DNA of 32,000 bases from Candidatus Saccharimonadota bacterium (lineage in GTDB: Bacteria; Bacillota_I; Bacilli_A; Mycoplasmatales; Hepatoplasmataceae). The notes under the pieces are model-generated. The model had not been told where the DNA came from. It ran no database searches and saw nothing but the letters and a program-made list of their open reading frames with translations. The stretch is taken from the NCBI GenBank assembly GCA_027925325.1, contig AP027133.1, positions 330,001 to 362,000 on the forward strand. Reading direction: 5' to 3'. This document shows, piece by piece, positions 31,998-32,000 of this stretch; the first letter of the stretch is position 1; every line of letters starts with the position of its first letter. The position numbers and the translations under genes are program-made.

Positions 31998-32000
31998 TAC

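Overview
This window is a very AT-rich, gene-dense stretch of core genome from a Mollicute (Mycoplasma-like) that reads TGA as Trp (translation table 4). Almost every long gene looks broken in the standard-code ORF track. Each rejoins perfectly in frame once TGA is read as a sense codon, and no frameshift is needed. After rejoining I count about 40 protein genes. I saw no rRNA, tRNA, CRISPR array, transposase or phage genes.

Gene order, left to right:
- nrdE (5' part) and nrdI, then leuS, all on the minus strand.
- A short plus-strand GlcNAc module: nagA, a nagB-like gene and a small membrane ORF.
- A roughly 18 kb co-directional minus-strand array: rpsD, rpmG, a YqeG-like HAD phosphatase, a pnuC-like gene, a small HNH gene, ybeY, dgkA, era, recO, a membrane protein, glyQS, dnaG, sigA, trmK, a Nif3-like gene, an orphan ORF, secY, adk, map, infA, rpmJ, rpsM, rpsK, rpoA and rplQ.
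- Plus-strand infC, rpmI, rplT and a membrane protein.
- The minus-strand chaperone operon: hrcA, grpE, dnaK, a nitroreductase and a dnaJ-like gene, with a CIRCE-like operator at the right edge.

I found no convincing multi-gene novel system such as a defence island or mobile element; this is essentially an ordinary housekeeping region. The observations most worth a second look:
1. An intact LeuRS of 638 aa in which the whole CP1 editing domain is replaced by a roughly 10-residue linker. This is reminiscent of what has been described for Mycoplasma mobile.
2. A NagB-like protein whose expected catalytic residues appear substituted.
3. A candidate +1 frameshift or split gene at a CCC-TAG site that would join two single-TM ORFs.
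4. infC, apparently starting at a non-canonical ATA/ATT codon just after a strong SD, with a 30-codon upstream ORF ending on that start.
5. A cysteine-free DnaJ with no zinc finger, plus a nitroreductase inserted inside the hrcA-grpE-dnaK-dnaJ operon.
6. A stand-alone 88-aa HNH protein inserted upstream of ybeY.

All coordinates and translations were derived by hand from the sequence. Family assignments rest on recognised motifs, not on database searches.
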